This document shows positions 51,368 to 61,787 of a DNA stretch of 64,000 nt, one piece after another. This DNA comes from Dehalococcoidia bacterium. Its GTDB lineage: Bacteria > Chloroflexota > Dehalococcoidia > UBA2979. The translations under genes and the position numbers were made by a program. A model generated the notes under the pieces. The model searched no databases and was not told where the DNA came from. It saw only the letters and a list, made by a program, of their open reading frames with translations. The stretch spans positions 899,914 through 963,913 of the forward strand of contig CBDDEC010000003.1 of assembly GCA_965226785.1 (NCBI GenBank), written 5' to 3'. Position 1 is the first letter of the stretch. Each line of letters starts with the position of its first letter.

Positions 51368-51817
51368 TCACTCGCGCGAGGCGTAGTCGGGATTGGTGAA
51401 CGGCCACCGCGCCGTGAGCCAGGTCGACACGTCGCGCCACACGGCGACGTCCAGCTCGGACCTGCTCTCGCGTACCCACGACCTGACCGACGCATCGTGG
51501 CCCTCGCTGCGGGAGGGGTAGATGTAGACGCAGCCGACCACCTTGTCGCCACTGAGCACGGAGTAGGTGAAGCCGCCTCGATTCGTGAAGTCACAGGCGT
51601 GTCGCCGGAGATCGGACAGGTTGGCGTCGAGGCTCATCCGAACCGGCCAGTCCCGCTGCTGGTATCCGGGAGTGGCTTGGATGTGCTGGATGCTGGACAT
51701 CCAGGCGGCGTGGTCGCGCGCGTTGTGTTCGGGTCCCAGCGGCTCCAACCGAAACCCGTCACCCTCGAACTGAGTCGGGATGATGAAGTCGGTGGGTACG
51801 AATGGATGCGCCGGCAC
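51368..51817 (-). CDS. GNAT-like N-acetyltransferase (start uncertain)
   Basis: FRLEPLGPEHNARDHAAWMSS, FTYSVL...VGCVYIYP. Confidence 0.65.
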   Translation of the reverse strand: MPAHPFVPTDFIIPTQFEGDGFRLEPLGPEHNARDHAAWMSSIQHIQATPGYQQRDWPVRMSLDANLSDLRRHACDFTNRGGFTYSVLSGDKVVGCVYIYPSRSEGHDASVRSWVRESRSELDVAVWRDVSTWLTARWPFTNPDYASRE

Positions 51818-51824
51818 GGAAGCG

Positions 51825-53198
51825 CTAGTCCCAGCGCACGGCCCACGCGCGCAGCGGTTCGTCGAAGCCCTTCAGCTCCACCTCGCCGCGGTCGTCGAAC
51901 TCGAAGTCCTTGCCGGCGACGGCCTGCCGCACCACGTCCGAGACGAGGATGCCGTCGGCTTCCGCAGCCGACTCGAGGCGCTTGGCGATCACGACCGAGG
52001 CGCCATGGAGGTCGTCGTCGACAGCGATCGGCTCGCCGGCGTTGATGCCGATGCGCAGCCGCACCGGCACGTCCGAGCCTTCGAACTGGTCGCGGATGCC
52101 GCGCTGGATTGCGATCGCGGCCTCGATGGCGGCGCTGGGCACGCCGAACTCGGCCATGAAGGCGTCACCGATGGTCTTCACGACGCGCCCACCGTGCTCC
52201 GTGATCGCGGCCTCGCAAACGGCGTCGTGGTCGCGCATCACCTCGCGCATCCGCTCGTCGCGGAGCTGCGTGAGCAGCGGGGTGGAGGCGACGACATCTG
52301 TGAACAGGATGGTCGCGAAGCCGCTCGAAGATTGAGGGCTCGTCGTCGAGGCTGGATGGCTCGCTCCTCGTTCTGCTGCGCCGGTAGGGACGCGTCGGTC
52401 CAAAAACTCCCGGATCATCTGCCAGGACTCGTCGATCTCCGCGTCGGAGAATGGGATGATGTTGTCCCAACTCAGCATCTGCAACTCGGCATCCGGGATC
52501 TGGCCCGCCAGCTCGCGAGCCTTGTGCTCCGGGATATTACGCGCGTGGCTCTGGTGTCGAACGAGCGTTGGTGCCTTGACCTCCGGCAGCAGGGCTGTGA
52601 CGTCGGCATGGAACGCGGTCCGCCAGATGCGGGCGCTGGTAGCAGCGTCGGCGGACTCACGGATGAGTCGAGCCAGAGCCTCGACGACCTCAGGGGTGTC
52701 CGGGAACGTGATGTCTATCATCGCGCGGGCGGCGACCGGGTAGTTCGCCTCAAGCAGCGAGATCAGTTCATCGATGCCGGGGATGTCACCCCCATAGCCG
52801 AATGCACCGTCGAGGATCAGGGCCGACACTCGCTCAGGATGGTGGTGCGCTTAGGAGAGTGCCACGCCGCCCGCCATCGACTCGCTCGCGAGGATCACGC
52901 TCCCGGCGTGGGTCTCCTCGATCACCGCGCCCAGGTCGGCGAGTTTCGTTTCAGTCGAAATCTCCTCGACCTCACGTGAGGAGAGCCCGGTTCCGCGCTG
53001 GTCGTAGAAGACGAGCTGGAACCCGAGCGAGTCGCCCCTCTCCACGTCGCGCTTGTGCACCGGAATGGCGAGTCGCCCTTCAAAGCTGGAGGGCCCCCCG
53101 GCGACGTAGTGAATCACCGTCGGACCGTCTCCTACTACGCGGTAAGCAATGCTCACGCCCTCTTCGGGATGCGCGTACCTGACGGGTCCGATCTCCAT
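51825..53198 (-). pseudogene. Alpha/beta hydrolase-class III cyclase fusion, split near 52850
   Basis: IAYRVVGDGP and YDQRGTGLS, stop at 52851, continuation in another frame to ILFTDVVAST, VKTIGDAFMA, LRIGINAGE. Confidence 0.78.
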
Positions 53199-53368
53199 CA
53201 GAGCGTTCCTCCAGCGGTCTGGGGCTGCTCGCTTCGTTCGGCGACAGTCGCCGCTTCCGGCGGTCGCAGCATACGTGAATCGCCTGTTCGCCACGGCCGA
53301 GGGGAGGTGACCGCCTCGACGCTGCGGCGTTGGGCGCGGTATCGTCCGCGCGCGGCTGGAGGTGCCCG

Positions 53369-53878
53369 ATCGCGACCGCCGAGGCGATCCCTGCGCAAGC
53401 GTTTCACGAGGCGATCCTGGCCGCCGGTGTGACCGACATCGTGGCGGTGCCGGACACGCACCAGCGCAGCCTGATCGCGGAGATCGAGCGAGCGGGCGCG
53501 CCTCGGCTGGTGCAGACCGCGACCGAGGACGAGGCAGTGGCGCTGGCGGCCGGGCTGGTCATCGGCGGGGCGCGGCCGCTGATCCAGATCCAGCACGCCG
53601 GGCTCTACGCCTGCGTGAACCACCTGCGCGGCATCGCCGACGATGGGCGCGTGCCGCTGGTGTTCCTGATCGGCCTGCTCGGCCGCGACGCGCGGCTGAC
53701 GCCGGCGGAGCATGGAGGCTCCATGGTACGGCTGGCCGAACCGCTGCTCGACACGTTCGCCGTGCCGCGCTTCCTGCTCGACGGTCCTTCCGGCCTCAGT
53801 CACATCGAAGACGCGTATGCGCTGGCCGAGGATCGGCGGGGGCCCGTCGCGCTCCTCGTCGGCGAAGCGACGGCGTAG
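53369..53878 (+). CDS. TPP-dependent decarboxylase alpha subunit (sulfopyruvate/phosphonopyruvate decarboxylase, ComD-like); start uncertain
   Basis: VAVPD, ATEDEAVALAAG, IQIQHAGL. Confidence 0.75.
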   Translation: MATAEAIPAQAFHEAILAAGVTDIVAVPDTHQRSLIAEIERAGAPRLVQTATEDEAVALAAGLVIGGARPLIQIQHAGLYACVNHLRGIADDGRVPLVFLIGLLGRDARLTPAEHGGSMVRLAEPLLDTFAVPRFLLDGPSGLSHIEDAYALAEDRRGPVALLVGEATA

Positions 53879-53887
53879 GGGGCGGCG

Positions 53888-54514
53888 ATGGCAGAGGCGC
53901 GGATCACCGTCGAGGCGGCCCTCGAGGCGCTCGCGAAGCGACGCGAGGACCAGGTTGTTGTCTCGACGATGACGGTGCTGGGTCCCTGGCGCGAGCGGGG
54001 GGAGAGCGACCGTGACCTGATCTGCGTTGGGTTCATGGGCGGCGCTTCGACGTTCGGGCTGGGCGTGCAGTTGGCGCGCCCGGAGGTGCCCGTGTGGATC
54101 CTCGACGGTGACGGATCGCTGGCAATGCAGCTCGGTTCGCTGCTCACGATCTCGCAGGCTGCGCCGCGGCGGTTCCTGCACGTCGTGTTCCACAACGGCG
54201 TGTACGACACGAGCGGTGCGCAGCCGCTGCCGGCGGAGGGGCGCGTCTCCTTCGCCGACCTCGCGCGCAGCGCTGGCTATGCCGAGGCAGCGCGGTTCGA
54301 GGACATCGAGTCGTTCGAACTGGCCCTCGACGAGTTGCTCGAGGTGGACGGGCCGGTGCTGGTCGAGCTGATCAGCGAGCCGACCTCCGCGGGGTACCGC
54401 CCACCGTCGCACCCGGCGGAGGCGACGCCGCACCCGGCGGGCGAGCGCCCCGCGCCCTCCGCGCTGGCTGAGGTGTGGCCGCGCGTCCGCGACAGCCTCG
54501 CGCGCTCCGACTGA
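53888..54514 (+). CDS. TPP-dependent decarboxylase beta subunit (ComE-like)
   Basis: GFMGGASTFGLG, LDGDGSLAMQLGSL, HNGVYDTSGAQP. Confidence 0.82.
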   Translation: MAEARITVEAALEALAKRREDQVVVSTMTVLGPWRERGESDRDLICVGFMGGASTFGLGVQLARPEVPVWILDGDGSLAMQLGSLLTISQAAPRRFLHVVFHNGVYDTSGAQPLPAEGRVSFADLARSAGYAEAARFEDIESFELALDELLEVDGPVLVELISEPTSAGYRPPSHPAEATPHPAGERPAPSALAEVWPRVRDSLARSD

Positions 54515-54603
54515 CGCAGCGGCGCCCCCGTACAACGCCGGGGCCGGTGGCGTAATGTTCGCTGCGGCGCCCACGTTCGAGGGGCGACCAGCGGAGGTGC
54601 AGC

Positions 54604-55584
54604 GTGCAGATCAGCGAATCGGTGCGAGCGGTGATGGTGCCGGACGAGAATCCGATGCACCCCGATTACACCTCCATCTACCTCGTCGGGCCCGAGCGCG
54701 GGCAGTCGCTGACGATCGATTCAGGCGAGGCGATCGACCGCTACCAGTGGTTCTTGCGCGGCTACCTGGCGGCGATCGCGCACGAGGAGATCGGCGTCGC
54801 CGCGATCACGCACCACCACTCCGACCACTCGGGCAACCTCAAATGGGTCAAGGAGTTCCTCGACGCCGAGGTGGCGATTCCGGCGAACTCGCGACGCCTG
54901 CTCACCGGCCGCATCCCGCGCGAGGTGCGGGCACTCGAGGAGGGTGACCAGCTCGAGCTCGGCAGCGGGGTCAAGGTGCAGGTGCTGCGCACACCGGGTC
55001 ACAGCGTCGATTCGCTCTGCTACTACATCGAAGAAGAAGGCGTGCTCTTCACGGGCGACACGCTGCTCGGCTCCTCCACGACGACGGTCTGGGACCTCAG
55101 GTTGTACCGCGAGAGCCTCCAGCGGCTGCTGAGCCTGCCCAACCTCAAGGTGATCTGCCCCGGCCACGGCAAGATCGTCGACGATCCGCGTGAGCGCCTG
55201 CAGATGTACGTCGACCACCGCAACATGCGCGAGCGCCAGATCGTCGCCGAACTCAAGCAGGGGGAGGCGTTGAGCAGCTGGGAGATAATGCTGCGGCTCT
55301 ACCCCGACATCGACACGCGTCTGCGCCGTGCCGCCGATAACAACGTCCGCAGCCACCTCGACCAGCTGACTACAGAGGGCGCGGTGGTAGAGCACGAGGG
55401 TCGGCCGAAACGGAAGCGTGGCGCGGCACGCATCGCGCACGACGTGGAGCATGTCCGCACGCAGGACCTGCTGGTCAAGCAGGCGAAGCGCATCGAATCG
55501 GACCGGCGGCGGAAGGTGATCCGGATGCAGGAGAACCCGCCGAGCGAGCAATGGTCGCGGCCGCCTCGCTACGAGTTGACGTAG
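54604..55584 (+). CDS. Metallo-beta-lactamase-fold hydrolase (LACTB2-like)
   Basis: THHHSDH, TPGHS, LFTGD, PGHG. Confidence 0.88.
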   Translation: MQISESVRAVMVPDENPMHPDYTSIYLVGPERGQSLTIDSGEAIDRYQWFLRGYLAAIAHEEIGVAAITHHHSDHSGNLKWVKEFLDAEVAIPANSRRLLTGRIPREVRALEEGDQLELGSGVKVQVLRTPGHSVDSLCYYIEEEGVLFTGDTLLGSSTTTVWDLRLYRESLQRLLSLPNLKVICPGHGKIVDDPRERLQMYVDHRNMRERQIVAELKQGEALSSWEIMLRLYPDIDTRLRRAADNNVRSHLDQLTTEGAVVEHEGRPKRKRGAARIAHDVEHVRTQDLLVKQAKRIESDRRRKVIRMQENPPSEQWSRPPRYELT

Positions 55585-55602
55585 CCAGCCACCCGCCGGG
55601 GC

Positions 55603-56079
55603 CTACTCGAGAGCTAAGTCCATCCAGCGATGTTCGATGCCGGCGTCGAGGAACACCGCGCCGCGTGCGACATAATCCAGGTGCTCATAGAACGCGATCG
55701 CGTGCAGTTGTGCGCCGAGGGTGATGCCAGCGTAGCCGCGGCCCCGCGCCTCTTCGTGCAGCGCGTGCATCAGCGCCTCACCGACGCGATGACGGCGATG
55801 CTCGGCGAGCACCGCGACCCGGCCGACGTGCGGGTAGCCGGGGCCGTCGTCGCCGTGGTCGGCATCGTCGAGGAGTAGGCGCGCCGTGCCGACGGGCCCG
55901 CCGTCCAGCGTCGCCAGCACGTGTACGGCGCTCGTCACCTCCGAGGGATCGCCGTCGTGGTCGTCGATCTCTTCCTCTTCCGGCACCCGCTGCTCGTCGA
56001 TGAACACGCGCCGCCGGATCTCGAGGGCGGCTGCCATCTGTTCGGTGGTGGTGATGCGCTGGACCTCGATCGCTGGCAT
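55603..56079 (-). CDS. GNAT N-acetyltransferase (ElaA-like)
   Basis: IRRRVFIDEQ, GRVAVL, LGAQLHAIAFY, FLDAGIEHRWM. Confidence 0.9.
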   Translation of the reverse strand: MPAIEVQRITTTEQMAAALEIRRRVFIDEQRVPEEEEIDDHDGDPSEVTSAVHVLATLDGGPVGTARLLLDDADHGDDGPGYPHVGRVAVLAEHRRHRVGEALMHALHEEARGRGYAGITLGAQLHAIAFYEHLDYVARGAVFLDAGIEHRWMDLALE

Positions 56080-56149
56080 GCGAGGAGTGTAGAGCGAGGT
56101 GCGCCGTATGATGGCTCGCGGCTCGCGAGCTGAAGAGAAGGGCCGGGGC

Positions 56150-57466
56150 GTGGCGATCGACTGGGCGGCGGTGCAAAGCGAGGCGCTTGAGGTCTTCCGC
56201 GAGTACCTGCGCATCGACACGTCGAACCCGCCCGGCAACGAGGGGCTGGCGGCGCGCTACCTCGGCGGTCTGCTCGCCGCGGAGGGCATCGCCGTCGAGT
56301 ACATCGAGGCGGAGGCGGGGCGCGACATCCTCGTCGCACGCCTCGACGCGGCGAGCACCGAGCCTGACGGCGCGTTGATGTTGGGCAACCACACGGACGT
56401 GGTGCCGGTCGAGCGGGAGTTCTGGGACCACGACCCCTTCAGCGCCGACATCGTCGAGGGCCGGATGTACGGGCGCGGCGCCGTAGACATGAAGGGCGTC
56501 GGCGTGATGCAGCTGTTCGCGCTGATCCTCGCGCGCCGCGAGGGGCTGTCGCTCAATCGCGACCTCGTCTTCGTGGCGGTGCCGGACGAGGAGCAGGGCT
56601 CCGAGGCGGGCATGGCCTGGCTCGTCGAGCACCGCCCCGACATCGTCGATGTCGGGTTCGCGCTGAACGAGGGGGCGAGCGGCCAGCCCGACTTCGGCGG
56701 GCAGGAGACGCGGCTGTTCCAGATCGCTCTTACCGAGAAGGAGATGGCGCCGATCCGCCTGACGGCCGTAGGCACGCCCGGGCATGGCTCGCGACCGCAC
56801 GCAGACAACTCGGCCGTGCGCCTCGCGCGCACGATCGGTCGCCTGGCCGACTGGGACCGCGGCATCGTGATCACCCCGGAGACGCGCGACTACCTCGAAC
56901 GGCTGCAGGCGGGCGGGCTGATCGACGACCCGGACGACATCGCGGCGGTGGAGGCGGCGGTGACCCAGAGCCCCGACACGTTGGCTTCGTTCACCAACAC
57001 GCTCAACGTGACCGTCGTGAACAGCGGCATCAAGGCGAACGTGACCCCGGCGCGCAGCGAGGCGATCCTGGACTGCCGTCTGCTGCCCGGTCAGTCGCGT
57101 CTCGAGTGGGAGCAGGCCGTACGCGACTACATCGACGACCCGGCGATCGAGGTGGCGCTGCAGTACCCGCACGAGCGAGCGCAGGCTGTGTCGGACGCCG
57201 ACACCGCGCTCTACCGTGTGATCGAGGCGGTAATCCGTGACGCCGTCGAGGATGCGGTGATTGTCCCGGGCGTCTCGATCGTGGGCACCGACAACCGCTT
57301 CCTCCGCCCCCTCGGCGTGCCGTCGTACGGCTTCATCCCGTGCCTGCTCTCGCAGGAGGAGCGCGACGGGTTCCACGGCAACAACGAGTTTCTGACGCTC
57401 GACAACTTCAACATGGGGCTGGAGTTGATGTACGAGGTCGTGCGCCGCTTCTGCACAGACCCGTAG
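56150..57466 (+). CDS. M20/M25/M40 family metallopeptidase/amidohydrolase
   Basis: NPPGNE, HTDVVP, GRGAVDMKG, DEE, GHGS, HGNNE. Confidence 0.92.
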   Translation: MAIDWAAVQSEALEVFREYLRIDTSNPPGNEGLAARYLGGLLAAEGIAVEYIEAEAGRDILVARLDAASTEPDGALMLGNHTDVVPVEREFWDHDPFSADIVEGRMYGRGAVDMKGVGVMQLFALILARREGLSLNRDLVFVAVPDEEQGSEAGMAWLVEHRPDIVDVGFALNEGASGQPDFGGQETRLFQIALTEKEMAPIRLTAVGTPGHGSRPHADNSAVRLARTIGRLADWDRGIVITPETRDYLERLQAGGLIDDPDDIAAVEAAVTQSPDTLASFTNTLNVTVVNSGIKANVTPARSEAILDCRLLPGQSRLEWEQAVRDYIDDPAIEVALQYPHERAQAVSDADTALYRVIEAVIRDAVEDAVIVPGVSIVGTDNRFLRPLGVPSYGFIPCLLSQEERDGFHGNNEFLTLDNFNMGLELMYEVVRRFCTDP

Positions 57467-57469
57467 GAG

Positions 57470-58264
57470 CTACCCCTCGATCGAACGCTCGAGGAAGCGG
57501 CGCACCATCGCGGCGACCTGCTCGGGCGCTTCGAGCGCGACGAAGTGGCCGCAGTCGTGCGCCTGCGCGTACTCGGCTTCCGGCATCACCTCGTGCAGTT
57601 GCTCGGCCGTGACGAGCGGTTGCCGCGAACGTGAGATGTAGAGCGCCGGTCGGCGCACCCGCGCGGCCATCGACGGGATGTCGGCGGTCAGCGAGGCACG
57701 CCAGGTCTGGACGGCCGCCCGCTCGTCGGTGCGTGTCGCCTCCTCGATCAGTCGGGCGGAGAGCGCGGCGTCGCGGGGGTCTGGGTAGAACATCGCGAAG
57801 AGTTGGGCGAGGCCTTCGGGGTACGGTTGGTCGGCGACCATGCGGTAGAGCTGGTTGCGTTCGACGGTGGCCATCGTCGCCCACCGGTCCATCGCGCCAT
57901 CGACCAGCACGACGCCCCGCACGAGGTTCGCGTGGCGGTTGGCCGCGGCCAGCGCGACCGCCGACCCGAGCGAGTGTCCGAGAACGACGGCGCTGCGGAT
58001 CCTCGCGGAGCGGGCGATCGCGGCGAGGTCGTCCGCGAACTGGCGGAGCGCGTAGCCGCTGGCCGGCGCCTCGGAGCGTCCGTGACCGCGCAGGTCGAGA
58101 CGCAGCACGCGATAGGTCCGCGCCAGCAGCCGCGCTGCAGGCTGCCACTGCGTCTCGTTGCCGGCGTACCCGTGCACCAGGATCAGCGCCGGCGCGCCCC
58201 GCTGGCTGCGACCGGCGATCTCGTAGTGCAGGCGCGTGCCGTCCGAGGCGCGGGCGAAGGGCAT
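57470..58264 (-). CDS. Alpha/beta hydrolase
   Basis: LVHG, DLRGHGRS, GHSLG, GHF. Confidence 0.92.
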   Translation of the reverse strand: MPFARASDGTRLHYEIAGRSQRGAPALILVHGYAGNETQWQPAARLLARTYRVLRLDLRGHGRSEAPASGYALRQFADDLAAIARSARIRSAVVLGHSLGSAVALAAANRHANLVRGVVLVDGAMDRWATMATVERNQLYRMVADQPYPEGLAQLFAMFYPDPRDAALSARLIEEATRTDERAAVQTWRASLTADIPSMAARVRRPALYISRSRQPLVTAEQLHEVMPEAEYAQAHDCGHFVALEAPEQVAAMVRRFLERSIEG

Positions 58265-58322
58265 GCTGACTCCTCGACGCTGCTAGGCTCACCTCGATCG
58301 TAGCGCCGAAGGGACGTGCGGC

Positions 58323-58860
58323 TTGGCCGACGGGCAGATCGGGACACTGCTGGCGCTTCTGGACGAGGCGTTCGAAGACGACGCGGAGCACTCGCTTCTC
58401 GGCAACATGCGGCACGTCGACGATGCGATCTGGGACCAGGCTCCGCCGGGCGGTAGCCGGCCGATCTCCGAGCTGTTCCTGCACGCGGCGACGGCCAGCT
58501 ACGCGTACGACGACGCGGCGTTCCGAGGCCAGCCCGGCCGCTGGGACCACTGGGAGCAGGACGCGCCACGCGAACGGCTGGCCGCACTGGAGTGGGCGCG
58601 CGAGGGCCATCGTCGCCTGCGCGATCAGTCGCAGCCCTCGACGACTCAGATCTCGACGGAGAGCGCGACACGCACTGGGGCGGCCGACGTGAGGCACGTC
58701 GGATCATCTTCGTCGCCGCAAAGCACAACCTCTACCACGCGGGCGAGATCAACCACGCGCGGGCGCTGATCCAGGACACGGACCGCTGGCCCGGGGGAGT
58801 AGAGTCGCGCTTCGCGCGCGGCTGGGTCCTCAAGGGAACCAGCCCACCCGCCCAGAGGTA
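58323..58860 (+). pseudogene. DinB-like protein, frameshifted near 58625
   Basis: HSLLGNM and ISELFLHAA in one frame; ALDDSDLD...HNLYHAGEINH in another. Confidence 0.7.
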
Positions 58861-58932
58861 GCGGGGGCTGCGCCCCCACGCCCCTGAAGACGGTCTGTCT
58901 ACGCCGCGGCCGACCAGAACGGTCTGGCGCGG

Positions 58933-59841
58933 TTAGTCTCGGAAGGGCTTCGCGACCTCCTCGATGAAGCGGTCGTAGGCCTCGATCGCCTGCGGATTCC
59001 GACCGAGGTTGAAATTCGGCATGATGAATTCGTCGACGCCGGCGTCGACGTAGGCCTGCATCTGCTCCTGGAGCTGTTCGGAGTTGCCGGCGATCATCTG
59101 TCGGCCGCCGCCCTCGAGGGCCTGCTTGACGACTGACTCGTCGTCGCTGTGCACGACGATCGCCTGTGCCGACCGCTCGATCTCGCCGATGTCGCGTCCG
59201 AGAGCCTCGGCGTGGCGCTCGAGAACTTCGCCCTTTTGGGCGAGCAGGTCGGGGACGCCCCAGACGTTCCACTCATCGGCGTACTGGGCGGCGATGCGCA
59301 TGGTGACCTTCTCGCCGCCGCCGCCGATCAGCAGCGGCGGACCGCCCTCGCGCGGTGACTTGGGCGCCAACGGCGCGTTCGTGAGCTGGTAGTAGCGGCC
59401 GTCGAAGTCGGTGTGCACGTCGTTGAACAGGCCCTTGATGATCTGCACGGCCTCCTCAAGGCGGCGCAGGCGTCCGCCGACCGTCGAGTACTCGATGCCG
59501 TAGGCGCTGTGCTCGTTCTCCTGCCAGCCGGCGCCGAGACCGAGAACCAGCCGGCCCTCGCTGATGATGTCGACCTGCGCGGCCTGCTTGGCCAGCACGG
59601 CGGGGTGGCGGTAGGTGTTGCCGGTGACCAACGTGCCGAGGCGGACGCGAGGCACGACGGCGGCCAGCGCGGCCAGGGTGGTCCACGCCTCGGCGGTGGG
59701 GCCGGTGTTGTCGTCTTCGCGGTTGGGCATGAAGTGGTCGGCGACCCAGACGCCGTCCCAGCCGCTCTGTTCCGCGTGCTGCGCGAGCTCGACGATGTAC
59801 CGGTGGGGCGCGGCGGTGCCGGGCCAAATGCTGAACTTCAT
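58933..59841 (-). CDS. LLM-class, probably F420-dependent, oxidoreductase
   Basis: VWVADHF, RLGTLVTGNTYRHPAVLAK, LGLGAGW, IGGGGEK. Confidence 0.9.
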   Translation of the reverse strand: MKFSIWPGTAAPHRYIVELAQHAEQSGWDGVWVADHFMPNREDDNTGPTAEAWTTLAALAAVVPRVRLGTLVTGNTYRHPAVLAKQAAQVDIISEGRLVLGLGAGWQENEHSAYGIEYSTVGGRLRRLEEAVQIIKGLFNDVHTDFDGRYYQLTNAPLAPKSPREGGPPLLIGGGGEKVTMRIAAQYADEWNVWGVPDLLAQKGEVLERHAEALGRDIGEIERSAQAIVVHSDDESVVKQALEGGGRQMIAGNSEQLQEQMQAYVDAGVDEFIMPNFNLGRNPQAIEAYDRFIEEVAKPFRD

Positions 59842-59887
59842 GGTGTGACTCCCTCGAGGTGTGCTCTGTCGTAGTCGCTTCTGGAGG

Positions 59888-60660
59888 CTAGTTCTGGCTG
59901 TGGTCGTGGACGAACCGCAGGATGCGACGCCAGGCGTCGTCACACGCCTCCACATGCTCGTCGTAGGTGCGGTCGAAGAACGAGTGCGGCGCGCCGTCGT
60001 AGATCACGATTTCGTGCTCGACGCCGCCGGCTTCGAGCGCGTCGTCGAAGGCGCGCGCAATGTCCGGGGTGATGCCCTGGTCTGCGCCGCCCATCAGTCC
60101 AAGGATCGGCGCCTCGATCTCCCCGATGCGCTCCGTCATCGGCGTCGCGCCGGTGGGGAACTCGTGCGCGGGGTGGCCATAGAAGCCGACGGCGCCCGCG
60201 ATGCAAGGCCGTTCGCGGCCTGGGCCCATGAGTTCGAGCCGCCGAAGCAGAAGCCGACGGTGAAGACTTTGCGGTCGGCCGAGCCCGCGGCGCGTAGCGC
60301 CTCGACGGCGGCAGCGGTGTCCGCCTTGACGCCATCGAAGGTCGTCTGCGCGACGTGGTCGCTGAATGGGAACTCGTCGTCGCGCTTGCCGACGCCGGCG
60401 GTGCGGCCGAAGTAGTCGAAGGCGATCGAGTCGATGCCCTGCTCGGCGAAGCGGAGTGCCAGCTCCTCGTAGAAGTGGAACAGGCCCCGCACGTCGGGCA
60501 GAACCACCATCGCCGGTCCGGTGCCGTCCGAGCCGTCGGCGCGGGCGATGAAGGCGGCGAGGTCGGTGCCGTCCGAGGCGGTGAGCGTCAGGTCTTCGCT
60601 GTCGGCGGCGCCGCCGGCGATCGGCGGGCGAGGCGGCTCAGCGTCGAGTTCGTTGCACAT
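59888..60660 (-). pseudogene. Dienelactone hydrolase, frameshifted near 60205
   Basis: PDVRGL and GFCFGG in one frame; GFYG...GGAD...YDGAPHSF in another. Confidence 0.8.
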
Positions 60661-60779
60661 CGGTGCGTCCTGTCAGTCGTGGGGTGGCTGGTGTGCCGCG
60701 GTCCTCGCCCGGGGGTCGAGGCGTAGCCGCGGCACGATAGCACGCGGCCGCGACGGGGCGTCGATGGCGGTCAGGGCGG

Positions 60780-61757
60780 CTAGGCCGGGCGCTGGAGCAG
60801 CCCCCACTCCTCGAGGGCGGTGCGGGCGACGAGGCGGTGCAGCTGGGCGCGCCGCGCCACGGGCTGGCCCTGCTGACCCATCTCTACGAGGTAGGGCAAC
60901 AGGCCCGGCACATAGTTGCCGAGCGAGAGCGATGTGCCGCCGCGGAAGCCGGTCGTGGAAGGGAAGCCGCTGAAGCCGGAGTCGAAGATGCCGCGAGTGA
61001 TGGAGCTGCGGCCGCCTCGGAAGATGAACTGTTCGCGTCTGGAAGCGATCTGACCGTTGATCGCATCGACGATCGTCTCGCCCTCCGGGAAGTCGTCGAT
61101 CAGCCCGCCGGTGGTGATCGTCTGTCCGAGGAAGGCCGTACCGTCCTGGCTGCGCTCGCGGAAGAACGCCCATGATTCGTGGAGGTCGAGCAGGCGTTCG
61201 ACCTCGAACTCTCGCGCGAGCGCGGAGATCTGCGCGGCCATGTGCGACATCGGCAGCGCCTCCTCGGCGGTGCTGCCTGGGTAGAGGCGGTTGAGGTCGC
61301 CGAGCTCCTCGGTGGTGCGCTCGAAGATCTCGGTCGCGATCATGTTGGCGCGCGGCACAACGACGAGCGATCCGCGTTCGACATCCCAGTCGGCGATCGC
61401 TTCGGCGGCGAGCCAGCCGCCGGGCTCGTTGCCGTGCACCCCACCGAGGATCATCACGCGCGGGCCCTCCACGCCCGAGTGTGTGATCACGGCTGGGGTC
61501 GCCCATTGCGTGTCCTCGAGCAGTAGCCGCTCGATGCGCCCGGCCGAGGGCACCGGCCGCGGCGTGGGCATCGGCGTGGGCGGTGCAGTGGGCGCGGGCG
61601 TCGGGCTGCGCTCGGCGGTCGGTGTCGCCGTCGGCCTGGGCGTAGAGGCCGTGGGCACCGGCGTCGAGTCCTCGTCGCTGCCGGGCAGGCAGGCCAGGGC
61701 CAGGCCGCCGGCGGTGAGCGCTCCGAAGCGCAGGAAGTCGCGTCGTGACCGCGTCAT
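60780..61757 (-). CDS. Tat lipoprotein, succinylglutamate desuccinylase/aspartoacylase (M14-like) family
   Basis: SRRDFL, LAC lipobox, PT-rich linker, GGVHGNE, DLNR, DLHES. Confidence 0.85.
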   Translation of the reverse strand: MTRSRRDFLRFGALTAGGLALACLPGSDEDSTPVPTASTPRPTATPTAERSPTPAPTAPPTPMPTPRPVPSAGRIERLLLEDTQWATPAVITHSGVEGPRVMILGGVHGNEPGGWLAAEAIADWDVERGSLVVVPRANMIATEIFERTTEELGDLNRLYPGSTAEEALPMSHMAAQISALAREFEVERLLDLHESWAFFRERSQDGTAFLGQTITTGGLIDDFPEGETIVDAINGQIASRREQFIFRGGRSSITRGIFDSGFSGFPSTTGFRGGTSLSLGNYVPGLLPYLVEMGQQGQPVARRAQLHRLVARTALEEWGLLQRPA

Positions 61758-61787
61758 GGGGCGGATCTTAGTACGCAGTCGCCTCTC

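Noticed and set aside
58863..58877. REP-like palindrome GGGGGCTGCGCCCCC
   Set aside because: Single occurrence in the window between convergent genes; may simply be a terminator hairpin.
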